A stretch of DNA of 60,798 nucleotides, filler included. It is 8 parts of 8 records of this genome, joined end to end, with 100 filler letters (N's around TTAATTAATTAA, not from the genome) between each part and the next. Parts side by side here need not be neighbours in the genome. Positions count along the whole stretch, not along the records: positions 14,240 to 23,827 come from DRR723986_20596; positions 23,928 to 30,767 come from DRR723986_20656; 6 more parts are not named here. One strand, given 5' to 3'. The position numbers and the translations under genes were made by a program. Below, one piece after another: positions 19,523-29,339 of this stretch. How positions within the stretch are numbered: the stretch's first letter is position 1; the number at the start of each line of letters is the position of its first letter. The notes beneath the pieces are model-generated. The model was not told where the DNA came from. It saw nothing but the letters and a program-made list of their open reading frames with translations, and ran no database searches.

Positions 19523-20296
19523 ATGCTATTGGCGATTGATTGCGGGAATACCAATACTGTTTTCTCGATCTGGGACGGCGAGAGCTTTCTGTGCACACTA
19601 CGCACGTCGACCCATCATGCACGTACGGCAGATGCGTATTTCACCTGGTATGCGACCTTGGTAAAGCATTACGGGATCGAGGTGGACATTACGGATGTCA
19701 TTATCTCGTCTACGGTTCCCCGAGTGGTGTTTAACCTGCGGGTTTTTGCGGATCGCTTTTTTGGCTGCCGCCCGATTGTGGTTGGAAAACCCGAATGCCT
19801 GTTGCCTCATCTCCCGCGGGTTGATACCGGGACGCAGGTTGGACCTGACCGGCTGGTCAATACGGCTGGCGCCTATGATCGCCATGGCGGGGATCTGGTT
19901 GTGGTCGACTTTGGAACAGCGACGACGTTCGATGTTGTGGCCCATGATGGTGCCTATATCGGCGGCGTGATCGCGCCGGGGGTGAATCTGAGCCTCGAAG
20001 CGCTACATCAGGCAGCAGCGGCCTTGCCTCATGTCGATATTTCAAAGCCGCAGAATGTGATCGGAACCAACACGGTTGCCTGTATGCAATCGGGGGTGTT
20101 CTGGGGATATGTCGGTCTGGTGCGGGAAATCTGCACGCGGATCAAAGAAGAACACGAACGTCCGATGAAAATCGTTGCAACGGGTGGGCTGGCGCCTTTG
20201 TTCCAGCAGACCGCCGATTTGTTCGACGCGTTCGAAGATGATTTGACGATGCACGGATTGACCGTGATTCATCGCTATAACAAGGAAAATAGCTGA
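19523..20296 (+). CDS. coaX: Type III pantothenate kinase
   Basis: LAIDCGNTN, GPDR, VVDFGTATT, GGVIAPG, ATGG. Confidence 0.95.
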   Translation: MLLAIDCGNTNTVFSIWDGESFLCTLRTSTHHARTADAYFTWYATLVKHYGIEVDITDVIISSTVPRVVFNLRVFADRFFGCRPIVVGKPECLLPHLPRVDTGTQVGPDRLVNTAGAYDRHGGDLVVVDFGTATTFDVVAHDGAYIGGVIAPGVNLSLEALHQAAAALPHVDISKPQNVIGTNTVACMQSGVFWGYVGLVREICTRIKEEHERPMKIVATGGLAPLFQQTADLFDAFEDDLTMHGLTVIHRYNKENS

Positions 20297-20299
20297 CCC

Positions 20300-21967
20300 A
20301 TGAGCAGCGAACGTTTGATTTATCTGCCCCTCGGTGGGGCAGGCGAAATTGGCATGAATGCCTATGTCTATGGTTATGGCGCGCCTGATAAGGAACGCTA
20401 TATCCTTGTCGATCTTGGTGTTGCCTTTCCAGATATGGATGGCACCCCGGGTGTTGATTTGATCATGCCGGATATTGCTTGGTTGCGTGAACGTGCAGAT
20501 CGCTTGGATGCGATCTTTGTCACGCACGCGCACGAAGATCACATCGGTGCGGTTGCACATTGTTACGGAGATCTTGGAGCGCCAGTTTACGCGCGTCCAT
20601 TCACAGCCAACATTGCCCGTCGCAAGATGGAAGAGCACGGTCAACCCGACAATGCGGTAATTACGGCCATGCCTTGGCCCGAACAGGTCAGCGCAGGCCC
20701 TTTCAAGGTTGGCTTTTTGCCGATGTCACATTCGATCCCGGAAAGTGCGGGATTGGTGATCGACAGCCCTGCAGGGCGTGTGATCCATTCGGGTGATTTC
20801 AAACTGGACCCGACCCCGATTGTTGGCGAAGCTTTTGATCCAGATTTGTGGGCCGAAGTCAGCAAGCCCGGTGTCAAAGCGTTGGTGTGTGACAGCACCA
20901 ATGTATTCTCACCAAATCCTGGACGTTCGGAAATCGAAGTTGCCCCAGAGATCACCAAACTGGTGTCTGGCGCTTCCGGTATGGTGGTAGCAACCACATT
21001 TGCCAGCAACGTTGCGCGGGTTAAGTCGCTGGCCGAGGCCGGGGATCGGGCTGGGCGGTCTGTTGTTCTGCTGGGGCGCGCGATGCGCCGTATGATCGAA
21101 GCCTCGATGGAAACCGGTGTTCTGACGGATTTCCCCAAGGTGATCAGCCCAGAAGAAGCCCGCGATATCCCACGGGATCATGTGATGTTGATCGTGACAG
21201 GCAGCCAAGGCGAACGCCGAGCTGCCAGTGCACAACTGGCCCGTGGCAAATACCGTGGCTTGGAACTGAAGCAGGGCGATTTGTTCCTGTTTTCGTCCAA
21301 AACCATTCCGGGCAATGAAAAGGGTGTGATCCGTATCATCAACCAGCTCAGTGAAAAGGGCGTGGATGTAGTGGATGACAGCTCGGGTCTGTATCACGTC
21401 TCGGGTCACGCCAACCGGCCAGATCTGGAACGGTTGCATGGGATTGTTGATCCGCAGATGGTTATCCCCATGCATGGGGAGCACCGTCACCTGCGCGAAC
21501 ATACCAAGCTGGCTGAATCCAACGGGCGGACCGGTATTGTGGCTGTGAATGGGATGATGCTGGACCTGTCTGGCAATGCCCCCAAGGTTGCCGAATACAT
21601 CGAAACCGGACGGACCTATCTGGATGGATCGACCAAAATTGGTGCAATGGATGGCGTGGTCCGTGACCGAATCCGGATGGCGTTGAACGGTCATGTGACT
21701 GTTACTGTGATCTTGGACGAAGAGGACGAGCCGTTGGGCGAGCCGTGGTGTGACACCATGGGGCTGGCCGAAACTGGTAACTCCAAGGCGGCGCTGGTCG
21801 AAATCCTTGAGGCTGATCTGAACCAGTTCTTGATGCGGTCCGGCGATAAGACTCGCAAAGACGATGACAAACTGGAAGAGGCGTTGCGCCGTATCGTGCG
21901 CCAGACGTCACAAGCCGAGATCGGTAAAAAGCCTGAAGTCACCGTTGTGATCAGCCGGATGCGCTGA
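20300..21967 (+). CDS. rnj: Ribonuclease J
   Basis: PLGG.GEIG.N, THAHEDHIG, HSIPE, TGSQGE, HVSGH, PMHGE. Confidence 0.95.
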   Translation: MSSERLIYLPLGGAGEIGMNAYVYGYGAPDKERYILVDLGVAFPDMDGTPGVDLIMPDIAWLRERADRLDAIFVTHAHEDHIGAVAHCYGDLGAPVYARPFTANIARRKMEEHGQPDNAVITAMPWPEQVSAGPFKVGFLPMSHSIPESAGLVIDSPAGRVIHSGDFKLDPTPIVGEAFDPDLWAEVSKPGVKALVCDSTNVFSPNPGRSEIEVAPEITKLVSGASGMVVATTFASNVARVKSLAEAGDRAGRSVVLLGRAMRRMIEASMETGVLTDFPKVISPEEARDIPRDHVMLIVTGSQGERRAASAQLARGKYRGLELKQGDLFLFSSKTIPGNEKGVIRIINQLSEKGVDVVDDSSGLYHVSGHANRPDLERLHGIVDPQMVIPMHGEHRHLREHTKLAESNGRTGIVAVNGMMLDLSGNAPKVAEYIETGRTYLDGSTKIGAMDGVVRDRIRMALNGHVTVTVILDEEDEPLGEPWCDTMGLAETGNSKAALVEILEADLNQFLMRSGDKTRKDDDKLEEALRRIVRQTSQAEIGKKPEVTVVISRMR

Positions 21968-21999
21968 GCGCATCCTGACCAAGAAAACGCGATGTCCGA

Positions 22000-22701
22000 T
22001 CAGGGATGATCGGGCATCGGATACCCGCGTAGGCGCAAGAACAAGCTGGCCTCGTCGTTGTTGTGAAAATAGGGGACGGATTGGGGCGGCGTTGGGTCTG
22101 TGACGCGACCGGCAACTTCGGCCAGAACAACCTCGGTGATGAAGGGTAGATCGAATTTGCGAGCCTCGCTTAGCTTGATCCACTGCAAATGTGAAAGCTC
22201 ATCCGAGGCGTGGGTGAAATCATCCAGATCCCCCTGAATTTCGTCTGCATCGACCAAAAAGAACCTTGCGTCAAAACGCCGTGGGCGGCCGGGTGGGGTC
22301 AACGCGCGGAACACAAATTGCAATCCATGAGCAACAGGCATGTGTCCGGTGGCGGCAAAGCTTGTCCAATCTGTCGGGATATCTCGGGTCCATTCGCCGG
22401 GACGGCCTAGGACGAGGCCAGTTTCCTCCCAGAGTTCTCGAATTGCAGCCACAGCAAGCGCATGGTGCAGGTCGGCCGGTGCATCGTCTTGCAGACGATC
22501 TGTGCACACATCGGGCAGGGGTGTGGCCAGTGGGATGTTGGCGTCATCAGCATCCACTGCGCCGCCGGGAAAGACGAATTTGTTGGGCATAAACGCGGCT
22601 TTAGCCCCGCGTTGCCCCATCAGGATTGATGGATCCTGTAGCCTGTTTCGCAGAACAATGACGGTGGCGGCATTGCGGATTGCGGTCTTATCTATACTCA
22701 T
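22000..22701 (-). CDS. NUDIX hydrolase
   Basis: FPGGAVD...AAIRELWEETG Nudix box, TPP..PRRFDARFF; start taken at MSIDK. Confidence 0.88.
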   Translation of the reverse strand: MSIDKTAIRNAATVIVLRNRLQDPSILMGQRGAKAAFMPNKFVFPGGAVDADDANIPLATPLPDVCTDRLQDDAPADLHHALAVAAIRELWEETGLVLGRPGEWTRDIPTDWTSFAATGHMPVAHGLQFVFRALTPPGRPRRFDARFFLVDADEIQGDLDDFTHASDELSHLQWIKLSEARKFDLPFITEVVLAEVAGRVTDPTPPQSVPYFHNNDEASLFLRLRGYPMPDHP

Positions 22702-22723
22702 GGCCCCTCGCGTGTTTGAAGGG

Positions 22724-22983
22724 TCAGTCGGCATTGCCAAACCCGTGCTTTCGGCGTGCCCATTGATGGGCCACGACGATCCCCTTCAGTCTAGTTAGAA
22801 GGTAGAGTGACAAGCCCAGACAACCAAGGGCAAAGATTGCAAGCAGAGCCAGAGGGACGGGGCAAAATTGAACAAAGACAATATGTAACAGCGGGGCCAG
22901 GAGGTGGCCAAAATCAAGATGGTCAGACAAGCGGGGCCATCATCTGCGCGGTGGAGTAGTTGCGAAGGACGCGCGCAACACAA
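22724..22983 (-). pseudogene. Frameshifted, 5'-truncated DUF983-like membrane protein
   Basis: HRADDGPA.LTILI in one frame continues as GHLLAPLL...LKG.VVA.QWARR.HGF in another; frame change near 22910; no N-terminal CxxC region seen. Confidence 0.7.
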
Positions 22984-23121
22984 AGGAATTCGGTTCGGGA
23001 TTTACGGGCAATCGTTTCGACATAAAAAACTTTCGGAAATTGCGACGGAACCTGCGGTATGCCCCGTTTGAACTGTATGATCGGCGGCACGGGGCCGCTG
23101 AACAACACAGGAAGACCCGAC

Positions 23122-23592
23122 ATGAAACATGCAGGCATTATCGCAGGGATCGTATTGGCCGCCACAAGCATCGTTGCCACAGGCGCGTTGGCCAAGGGTC
23201 CGGGTCATGGACCACAGGTCACGTTTCAGGAATTGGACGCCGACAACAACGGTGAAATCACCAAAGAGGAAATGCAGGCCCACCGGAAGGCGCGGTTTGC
23301 CAAGGCAGATGCTGATGGCGATGGTAAACTAAGCTTGGAAGAGATGCAGGCACAGGCCCAAGAGCGGGCCAAGGCACGCGCTGGTAAGATGATGGAACGT
23401 CATGATGCCAACAATGATGGGTTTCTGAGCGAAGATGAAATGCCCAAGCCCCGCAAAGCGGGCAAGTTCTTTGATCGCATGGATGCCGATGACAACGGCT
23501 CTATCTCGGAAGAAGAATTTACCGAAGCCAAAGCCCGTATGCAGAAGCATGGCAAATGGGGTAAGGGCAAAGGGTCAAAAAACAAGAATTGA
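23122..23592 (+). CDS. Secreted EF-hand calcium-binding protein
   Basis: Signal peptide ending in ALA; four loops DADNNGEITKEE, DADGDGKLSLEE, DANNDGFLSEDE, DADDNGSISEEE. Confidence 0.88.
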   Translation: MKHAGIIAGIVLAATSIVATGALAKGPGHGPQVTFQELDADNNGEITKEEMQAHRKARFAKADADGDGKLSLEEMQAQAQERAKARAGKMMERHDANNDGFLSEDEMPKPRKAGKFFDRMDADDNGSISEEEFTEAKARMQKHGKWGKGKGSKNKN

Positions 23593-23649
23593 TCAGGTGT
23601 GGATGATCTTGCCTCAATTTCGCAAACTACTCATGGCGGGGCGCCTGCC

Positions 23650-23827
23650 ATGAGTATACCCAGCGATGATGCGTTGTTGGTGTTGTTTGCCAATGGAGAT
23701 CCAGAGGCTGCGCGCATGCTGACGGACCGGCTTGGTCCTCGTACCTACAATGTTGCGATGCGTGTGCTGGGAAATCGCGCCGAAGCCGAAGATGTTGCGC
23801 AAGACGCGATGATGCGGCTTTGGCGCA
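23650..23827 (+). CDS. ECF RNA polymerase sigma factor, N-terminal fragment
   Basis: DDALL...ANGD..A...L, A.RVLG..AEAEDVAQDAM.RLWR (region 2). Confidence 0.8.
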
Positions 23828-23927
23828 NNNNNNNNNNNNNNNNNNNNNNNNNNNNNNNNNNNNNNNNNNNNTTAATTAATTAANNNNNNNNNNNNNNNNN
23901 NNNNNNNNNNNNNNNNNNNNNNNNNNN

Positions 23928-24602
23928 CCACAGGATCGGGTGCATCTCGGCCATGTTCGAGCCCCACAAGATAAACGCATCTGCGGCCTCGAAATCATCA
24001 TAACATCCCATGGGCTCATCAATGCCAAAGGTGCGCATAAATCCAACAACGGCGCTGGCCATGCAGTGGCGTGCATTGGGGTCAATATTGTTTGACCTGA
24101 ACCCCGCCTTCATCAGCTTAACGCCTGCGTAGCCTTCAAAAACAGTCCACTGGCCTGAGCCAAACATACCGATGCCCTGTGGACCCTTCTTGGCCAGCGT
24201 CTCTTTCCATTTCGCGGCCATGATATCAAAGGCCTCGTCCCAGCTGACGGGTTCAAAATTACCGTTCTTGTCATAGACGCCATCGGTTTTGCGCAACAAG
24301 GGCTGGGTCAGCCGGTCGCTGCCATACATGATTTTCGACAGAAAATAGCCTTTGACGCAATTGAGACCCCGGTTCACCTCAGCCTTTGCATCCCCGTGCG
24401 AGGCGACAACACGACCGGCCTTGGTCGCGACCATGATGGAACAGCCCGTGCCGCAAAACCTGCACGGCGCTTTGGACCACTTGAGGTCCGTCAGTGAGGC
24501 ATCGGTGACAAGGTTCTGTGCCGCGGCAGGGACCGGCAGTCCGGCGGCGGCAGCAGCGGCCGCAACAGCCTGTGCTTTGATAACGTCTCGTCTTGAAATC
24601 AT
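23928..24602 (-). CDS. napA: Periplasmic nitrate reductase large subunit (3' truncated)
   Basis: Tat signal [15 protein letters not shown]...C 4Fe-4S motif, [17 protein letters not shown]. Confidence 0.97.
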
Positions 24603-24652
24603 TCCAATGATCCTTCCTAGCTAAGGCTGGGTGCGGACATCGAAGGGTGAGG

Positions 24653-24910
24653 TCAGGGGGCAGCAGGCTCGTGAAAGGTTTCGTGATACACAAGTGCTGC
24701 ACTCACCACACCATCGATGAGGCTGAGCGTATTCATGTGGTCGACAATTTCTCTCTCGCACTCGGTTTCCAGAGTGACGATTATTTTTCCGGTGGGATCT
24801 GTCAGGGCAACTGCCCCGCCAGAAAGCGTTTCGATCTGACGACAGACCGCCGCCAATCGGTCTGGGTCCGCGCGCAAAAGCAGGCTGGAAATATGGGCCA
24901 GGTCAGACAT
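24653..24910 (-). CDS. napD: NapA chaperone
   Basis: HISSLL, GKIIVTLE, GVVSAALVYH; directly upstream of napA. Confidence 0.9.
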   Translation of the reverse strand: MSDLAHISSLLLRADPDRLAAVCRQIETLSGGAVALTDPTGKIIVTLETECEREIVDHMNTLSLIDGVVSAALVYHETFHEPAAP

Positions 24911-25373
24911 GCGCGGTTGTCCTTTCTTGAAAAAGACCAATGGCCTGTGTTGGACAAATCGACAGGCAGGCCCCACAGCCGGTGCAGGACTCTGCATTTG
25001 CGTGAATGGTGCCCACCGGGCCATGGCGAAAATTAAACGTCAACGCCCCCGTATCGCAGGCATCCGTACAACTTTGGCAGGCAACCCCAAGGTTCAAAAA
25101 ACATCCCTCGCCAATCACAGCGACGTGGTGCCAGGGGGCGGCTTGCAGATCAAAAATATCCTCTTCGCAGACCTCTGCGCAGGCACCGCAGAAACTGCAC
25201 CCACCTGCATTGAAATCAACAAAGGGGGAATTCCCGCGCCCAGAAACTAGGATTGCCTCGGGACAGGCCGCGATACAATCTTTGCACCCCGTACAGTGTG
25301 ATCTGATCGCTTGTTCGCGCGCATGCGGGGGACGGACATGTCCAACTTTCTGGATTTTGGCGTCTGTGTGCAT
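24903..25373 (-). CDS. napF: Ferredoxin-type protein NapF
   Basis: RPP, four Cys clusters (CTGCKDCIAACP, CSFCGACAEVC, C..CQSCTDAC, CTGCGACLSICP). Confidence 0.88.
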   Translation of the reverse strand: MHTDAKIQKVGHVRPPHAREQAIRSHCTGCKDCIAACPEAILVSGRGNSPFVDFNAGGCSFCGACAEVCEEDIFDLQAAPWHHVAVIGEGCFLNLGVACQSCTDACDTGALTFNFRHGPVGTIHANAESCTGCGACLSICPTQAIGLFQERTTAHV

Positions 25374-25391
25374 GCTGTTCCGGGCCTCGCT

Positions 25392-25559
25392 CTAATGCAC
25401 CGGCGGGCCATAAATCATCTGGGAAAACCAAACGATAAAGCCCCAACTTCCAACCAAAGCAACCGCCAGAATTGGAGCCAGACATACAGCAAGAAAAAGG
25501 AATACGAGCCATTCGCGTTGCTTGCGCGTTTTGAGAGGAATGGTTGTATTTTCAGACAA
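25392..25559 (-). CDS. napE: Periplasmic nitrate reductase NapE membrane protein
   Basis: E..VFLFLAV.L.PILAVA.VG..GFIVW..Q..YGPP; TTG start after GGAG. Confidence 0.85.
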   Translation of the reverse strand: MSENTTIPLKTRKQREWLVFLFLAVCLAPILAVALVGSWGFIVWFSQMIYGPPVH

Positions 25560-25813
25560 GGCATATCTCCCAAAAAGGCTAATATAAAATACATATTTGC
25601 CCATTTAGGTAATATAATCAACAAACAACTCTGAAATGGGATTCATCGTTGATGCTGCGATCTTGATGGAACTGCCGGGTAAATGTCCGTTTTGCCTGCG
25701 CTAAGTGGTCATCACGCGCGCCAAATAGGGCCTGTCACAGCTCCCTGAAAAAGCACCTTTCCCCACCCAAACACGTGACCCGCGCTGAATGTGCAAGGAC
25801 AGAAAAGCGCGCG

Positions 25814-26557
25814 TTAATCGGGGATGATCCGGTGTTGGTAGAGGTGGTCATAGTGCGGCTTCATCCGCCGATAGACGCGGCGCACACGGTCCGGGGCGTC
25901 GGCGACCTCAACATATCGGCGCGCCTGCGGTGTAAGGCCCGTGGATTGCGCAAGGTTGGCGTGGAACGACCCACCATCCCACCAGCTGTGCGCCGACGGA
26001 TCGCCTCCGGGGGGCCATGACATGGCCTCGGGGACAAACGGAATACCAACCGCCGCGCAAAAGGCCGCGACCATACGATCGGGGTCTTCAAGCAAGTCAT
26101 CACTGTCGATCACCGGCGGCGGCGCGCCGGTCAAGGCCGTCACCAAATCAAACAACGCGCGCTGTTCAGGGAACCCGACCTCCAACTCATCAAAGTCGGG
26201 CCATTTGTTGTACATGCTCGAAATCGTCTTGGCGGGATCCCGGATCAGAAAGGCATGCGTAAAGTTGGACAGAAAATCAGGCGTCCACATGTGGTTGATA
26301 TAATGTGGAAAATCCTTAAGGAACACCGGCCCGCACGCGGCGCGTGTTTGAATGTCAGCCCAGACGCTTTCGATAGACAAGCCTTTGGTCGTCGCGTCCC
26401 CCTCCTTGAACCGGGGCCAAAACGGGTCTTCCCCCTGATACCATGCCTCGCCAAAGGGTTCGTGCAAACACTCCAGATCGCCGCGCTGGCGCATCATCCA
26501 CTCAAATGCCGTCGAGGTGGATCGCGGGATGGCCCAAAGGGCAATGATCTTATGCAT
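25814..26557 (-). CDS. Sulfotransferase-fold P-loop protein (resembles the N-terminal domain of plant BCAT-like proteins)
   Basis: LWAIPRSTSTAF, HEPF, FLIRDP...ISS, PPVIDSDDL..DP, C.AVGIPF...M.W. Confidence 0.75.
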   Translation of the reverse strand: MHKIIALWAIPRSTSTAFEWMMRQRGDLECLHEPFGEAWYQGEDPFWPRFKEGDATTKGLSIESVWADIQTRAACGPVFLKDFPHYINHMWTPDFLSNFTHAFLIRDPAKTISSMYNKWPDFDELEVGFPEQRALFDLVTALTGAPPPVIDSDDLLEDPDRMVAAFCAAVGIPFVPEAMSWPPGGDPSAHSWWDGGSFHANLAQSTGLTPQARRYVEVADAPDRVRRVYRRMKPHYDHLYQHRIIPD

Positions 26558-27383
26558 GAAGGCTCTCCAAAAGACGGCTTTGCGGTGTCGTCGGCGCAAT
26601 CCCCAAGTCCTTCATGATCCGCCAATACAGAGCCGTGTCATGACCAATGACGGGCTTGCCCAGCTTGGCCTCCATCGCCCGCGCCAGATGCAGCGGACGT
26701 TGGGGCAGCCCACCCGGACCGCTGCGAAAATTGCACATCCCGTTGATCAAATAGGCATCCGCATCCGGGGCCTGCTCGGCCACATAGGCAAAACTGCGAT
26801 CGAACAAATCACCGTCAAAGATCCAGCGCTTTGCGTTCACAGCTTCCTGCGTGGGAAACCATCCCTGATCGACGAAATTACCGGCCCAAAGCACATCAAA
26901 TCCGGCGTCGCGCAGAAACCCTGCGGTGCCTTGCCACCAATCCGGCCAGTGATACGCCCCATTTAACGCGACCTTTTCGACGTTCATCGCGCGCAAGGCT
27001 TCGATCATCGCATAGCCTGCCATATGAAACCGGGTCTCGTATTTATCGCTCAGATCGGCGCAGTGTTGGCGAATGCCCTCAACCCCCAATCCGCTGGCAT
27101 GCACCCAGTTGGACCCGACTTGCCCGCACACATCGACCCCATTGCGGGACATGCAATGCACAAAGTCCTCCATCATGCCAAAGTTGGCTTTGCGCTGATC
27201 CAACCCGTGTTCATAATCCGGAACATGCAGCATCCAGCCATGCACCCCGACGGTTTCTGGCGACATTCGCAAGAAATCAGACGGGGCCGCGTCATAGTCA
27301 AAGGGCGGGCAGGTGAACCCGACCTGCTGGGGGAACAGCTTTTGATCGGCGGTCCATTTCTCAGGCATCGCAAAATCAGCCAT
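26550..27383 (-). CDS. Asp/Glu racemase superfamily protein, arylmalonate decarboxylase/maleate isomerase-like
   Basis: G..CPP, EALRAMNV.KVAL..AY, FL..AGF.V, PDADAYLI, E.KLGKPVI....AL.W.....LG. Confidence 0.72.
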   Translation of the reverse strand: MADFAMPEKWTADQKLFPQQVGFTCPPFDYDAAPSDFLRMSPETVGVHGWMLHVPDYEHGLDQRKANFGMMEDFVHCMSRNGVDVCGQVGSNWVHASGLGVEGIRQHCADLSDKYETRFHMAGYAMIEALRAMNVEKVALNGAYHWPDWWQGTAGFLRDAGFDVLWAGNFVDQGWFPTQEAVNAKRWIFDGDLFDRSFAYVAEQAPDADAYLINGMCNFRSGPGGLPQRPLHLARAMEAKLGKPVIGHDTALYWRIMKDLGIAPTTPQSRLLESLHA

Positions 27384-28455
27384 CAACGGCGCCCTTCATC
27401 CAACGTTGCAGGTGCAAGACAGGATGTTCAGAATTCACCCCGCCACAGGGATCAATCACCAAAGGGCCGGGCACATAACCGCGTGACCCAAGCCCGCGCT
27501 GAACCGACTCGACCAGATGAATGTCTTCTTCGACCGTTGTCGTGCGGTCTTGCACCGCAAGCTGACGGATCTTGTCATCCTCAACACCGCCCACGGAATA
27601 CCAACCACGCCAAACCACCACATGATCAGCATCGACCGCCCGCCAGTGATAGGTGTTCAACACATTGCCGGGGTAGACCTGAAAAGAGAACATCGGCCAG
27701 AGAAACCAACTGGAATACTCATATTGATGCGCAAACCCTGAATGCACATCATAGGTCATGGCTTCCAGATTTTGACACTCAGTCGTATGCCGCAAACACA
27801 TGCCTTGGGGCTGAATGTCATAGGTTTCTGGCTTGACCACACCACTGGCAAAGGTCGGATGATTTAACGAACAATGATAACACTCTGAATAATTCTCGAC
27901 CGAGACCTTCCAGTTGCATTTTTCGGGGATATCCACCCATTCCAATGGCTTTAGATCCGCCCAGTTGGGCACCCATTCTTCCAGCTCTGCGCGGGCGTTG
28001 GGGAACCAGTCCTCCATTGGCTTGGCCTCAGGGTCAAGGTTCACAAAAACAAAGCCTAAAAATTCCTCAGCGCGCACTTCTGTCAGGCAGATCCCCGACT
28101 TATCAAACCCTTCGACCGCATTGATGTTTGGCCCGGCCCGCAATTCGCCGGTCAATTCATACGTCCATGCATGATAGGGGCAGACCACAACACGGGTTGT
28201 GCCTGAACCGCTGACCAACTGATGCGCGCGGTGTTGGCACACATTGTAAAACACGCGGATTTTGTCGTCGCGCCCACGGATCGCAAACAGGCTTTCGCCC
28301 GCAATTTCGAATGTCGCGTAATCGCCAGTGTTGCTCAGCTCTGAGGCATGGCAGCCAAATTGCCAGGTCCGTGCCAACAGCCCCCCTGTCTCTAGCTTGA
28401 ACACCTGCGGGTCGGTGTAATACCGCGCGGCCAACGATCTGATTGGGTCGGTCAT
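27376..28455 (-). CDS. Rieske non-heme iron oxygenase alpha subunit, CntA/YeaW/choline monooxygenase group
   Basis: CQH-X16-CPYH Rieske motif; NWK..VENYSECYHC...HP; ED..LVESVQRGL.SRGY; SEH. Confidence 0.88.
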   Translation of the reverse strand: MTDPIRSLAARYYTDPQVFKLETGGLLARTWQFGCHASELSNTGDYATFEIAGESLFAIRGRDDKIRVFYNVCQHRAHQLVSGSGTTRVVVCPYHAWTYELTGELRAGPNINAVEGFDKSGICLTEVRAEEFLGFVFVNLDPEAKPMEDWFPNARAELEEWVPNWADLKPLEWVDIPEKCNWKVSVENYSECYHCSLNHPTFASGVVKPETYDIQPQGMCLRHTTECQNLEAMTYDVHSGFAHQYEYSSWFLWPMFSFQVYPGNVLNTYHWRAVDADHVVVWRGWYSVGGVEDDKIRQLAVQDRTTTVEEDIHLVESVQRGLGSRGYVPGPLVIDPCGGVNSEHPVLHLQRWMKGAVDG

Positions 28456-29339
28456 GTGTCCTCTGAATAATAAAGGCCAAGCTGGTGGCGCCGCTTGTGA
28501 AAGGTCTCGACCCGCTCGGGGATTTCATCACTGGCAACTGCAATCACAAAGGACAACAGGGTCTCCAGCAAGGCGATGATACTGACCGACGATGGGAAAA
28601 ATTGTGGGGTTTCGACGGATACGACAAAACCGTGATCTGCCATGCGAATGATCGGGCTGGCGGGGCTATCGGACAAGGCGATGATCGTCATGCCCTGTTC
28701 TTTTGCGATTGTGACCGCCTCAACCACCTCAGATCGGAACGGCTTGCAGGTCACCGCGATCAAGATGTCGCGACTGTCCGCCCAAGCCAGATCATCCACC
28801 GGCGTCGAGCCGGGGCGCGGGATCGCGTGAAATTCGGTCATCCCCGTGGACGCGAGATAGGTAAAGTTGCGCGCGACCGAATTGTTCACACCAACGCCCA
28901 ACGTGAACACGCGCCGCGCGGCCCAGATCGCCTCAGCTGCGGTTTTCAGTTCTTCGGTTGAAATGCCCGCGAATGTTTCCTCGATATTGGTCATCACGTC
29001 GCGCACCATATCGGCATAAAGCCCGCCCAGATCGCCCGACTTGGATATGTCCTGCAGCCAACGCGCGCGGTCCGGGAAATCTGCGGCCCCGTTGCGAATG
29101 GCATCGCGAAAGGGGGCGCGGAAATCCTCATATCCCTCAAACCCCACCTGACGCGCCATGCGCACAACAGTGTTGGGTTTCACATTTGCCGCCTGGGCAA
29201 TTTCCCGCACGGTTGAAACCCCCACATCCCGCGGGTTTTCTAAAACATAGGTCGCCGCTTTGCGGGCCTCTGGCGTTAACTCCGACAGCTCACCTGCGAG
29301 CCGGTCCAGAATCGTGTTTGATACATTTGTCCCATTCAT
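28452..29339 (-). CDS. MurR/RpiR family regulator (HTH plus SIS domain)
   Basis: LTP..RK.A.YVL..P, T.RE.A....V...TVVR.AR.VGF.GY.DF, ALSDS..SP. Confidence 0.9.
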   Translation of the reverse strand: MNGTNVSNTILDRLAGELSELTPEARKAATYVLENPRDVGVSTVREIAQAANVKPNTVVRMARQVGFEGYEDFRAPFRDAIRNGAADFPDRARWLQDISKSGDLGGLYADMVRDVMTNIEETFAGISTEELKTAAEAIWAARRVFTLGVGVNNSVARNFTYLASTGMTEFHAIPRPGSTPVDDLAWADSRDILIAVTCKPFRSEVVEAVTIAKEQGMTIIALSDSPASPIIRMADHGFVVSVETPQFFPSSVSIIALLETLLSFVIAVASDEIPERVETFHKRRHQLGLYYSEDT

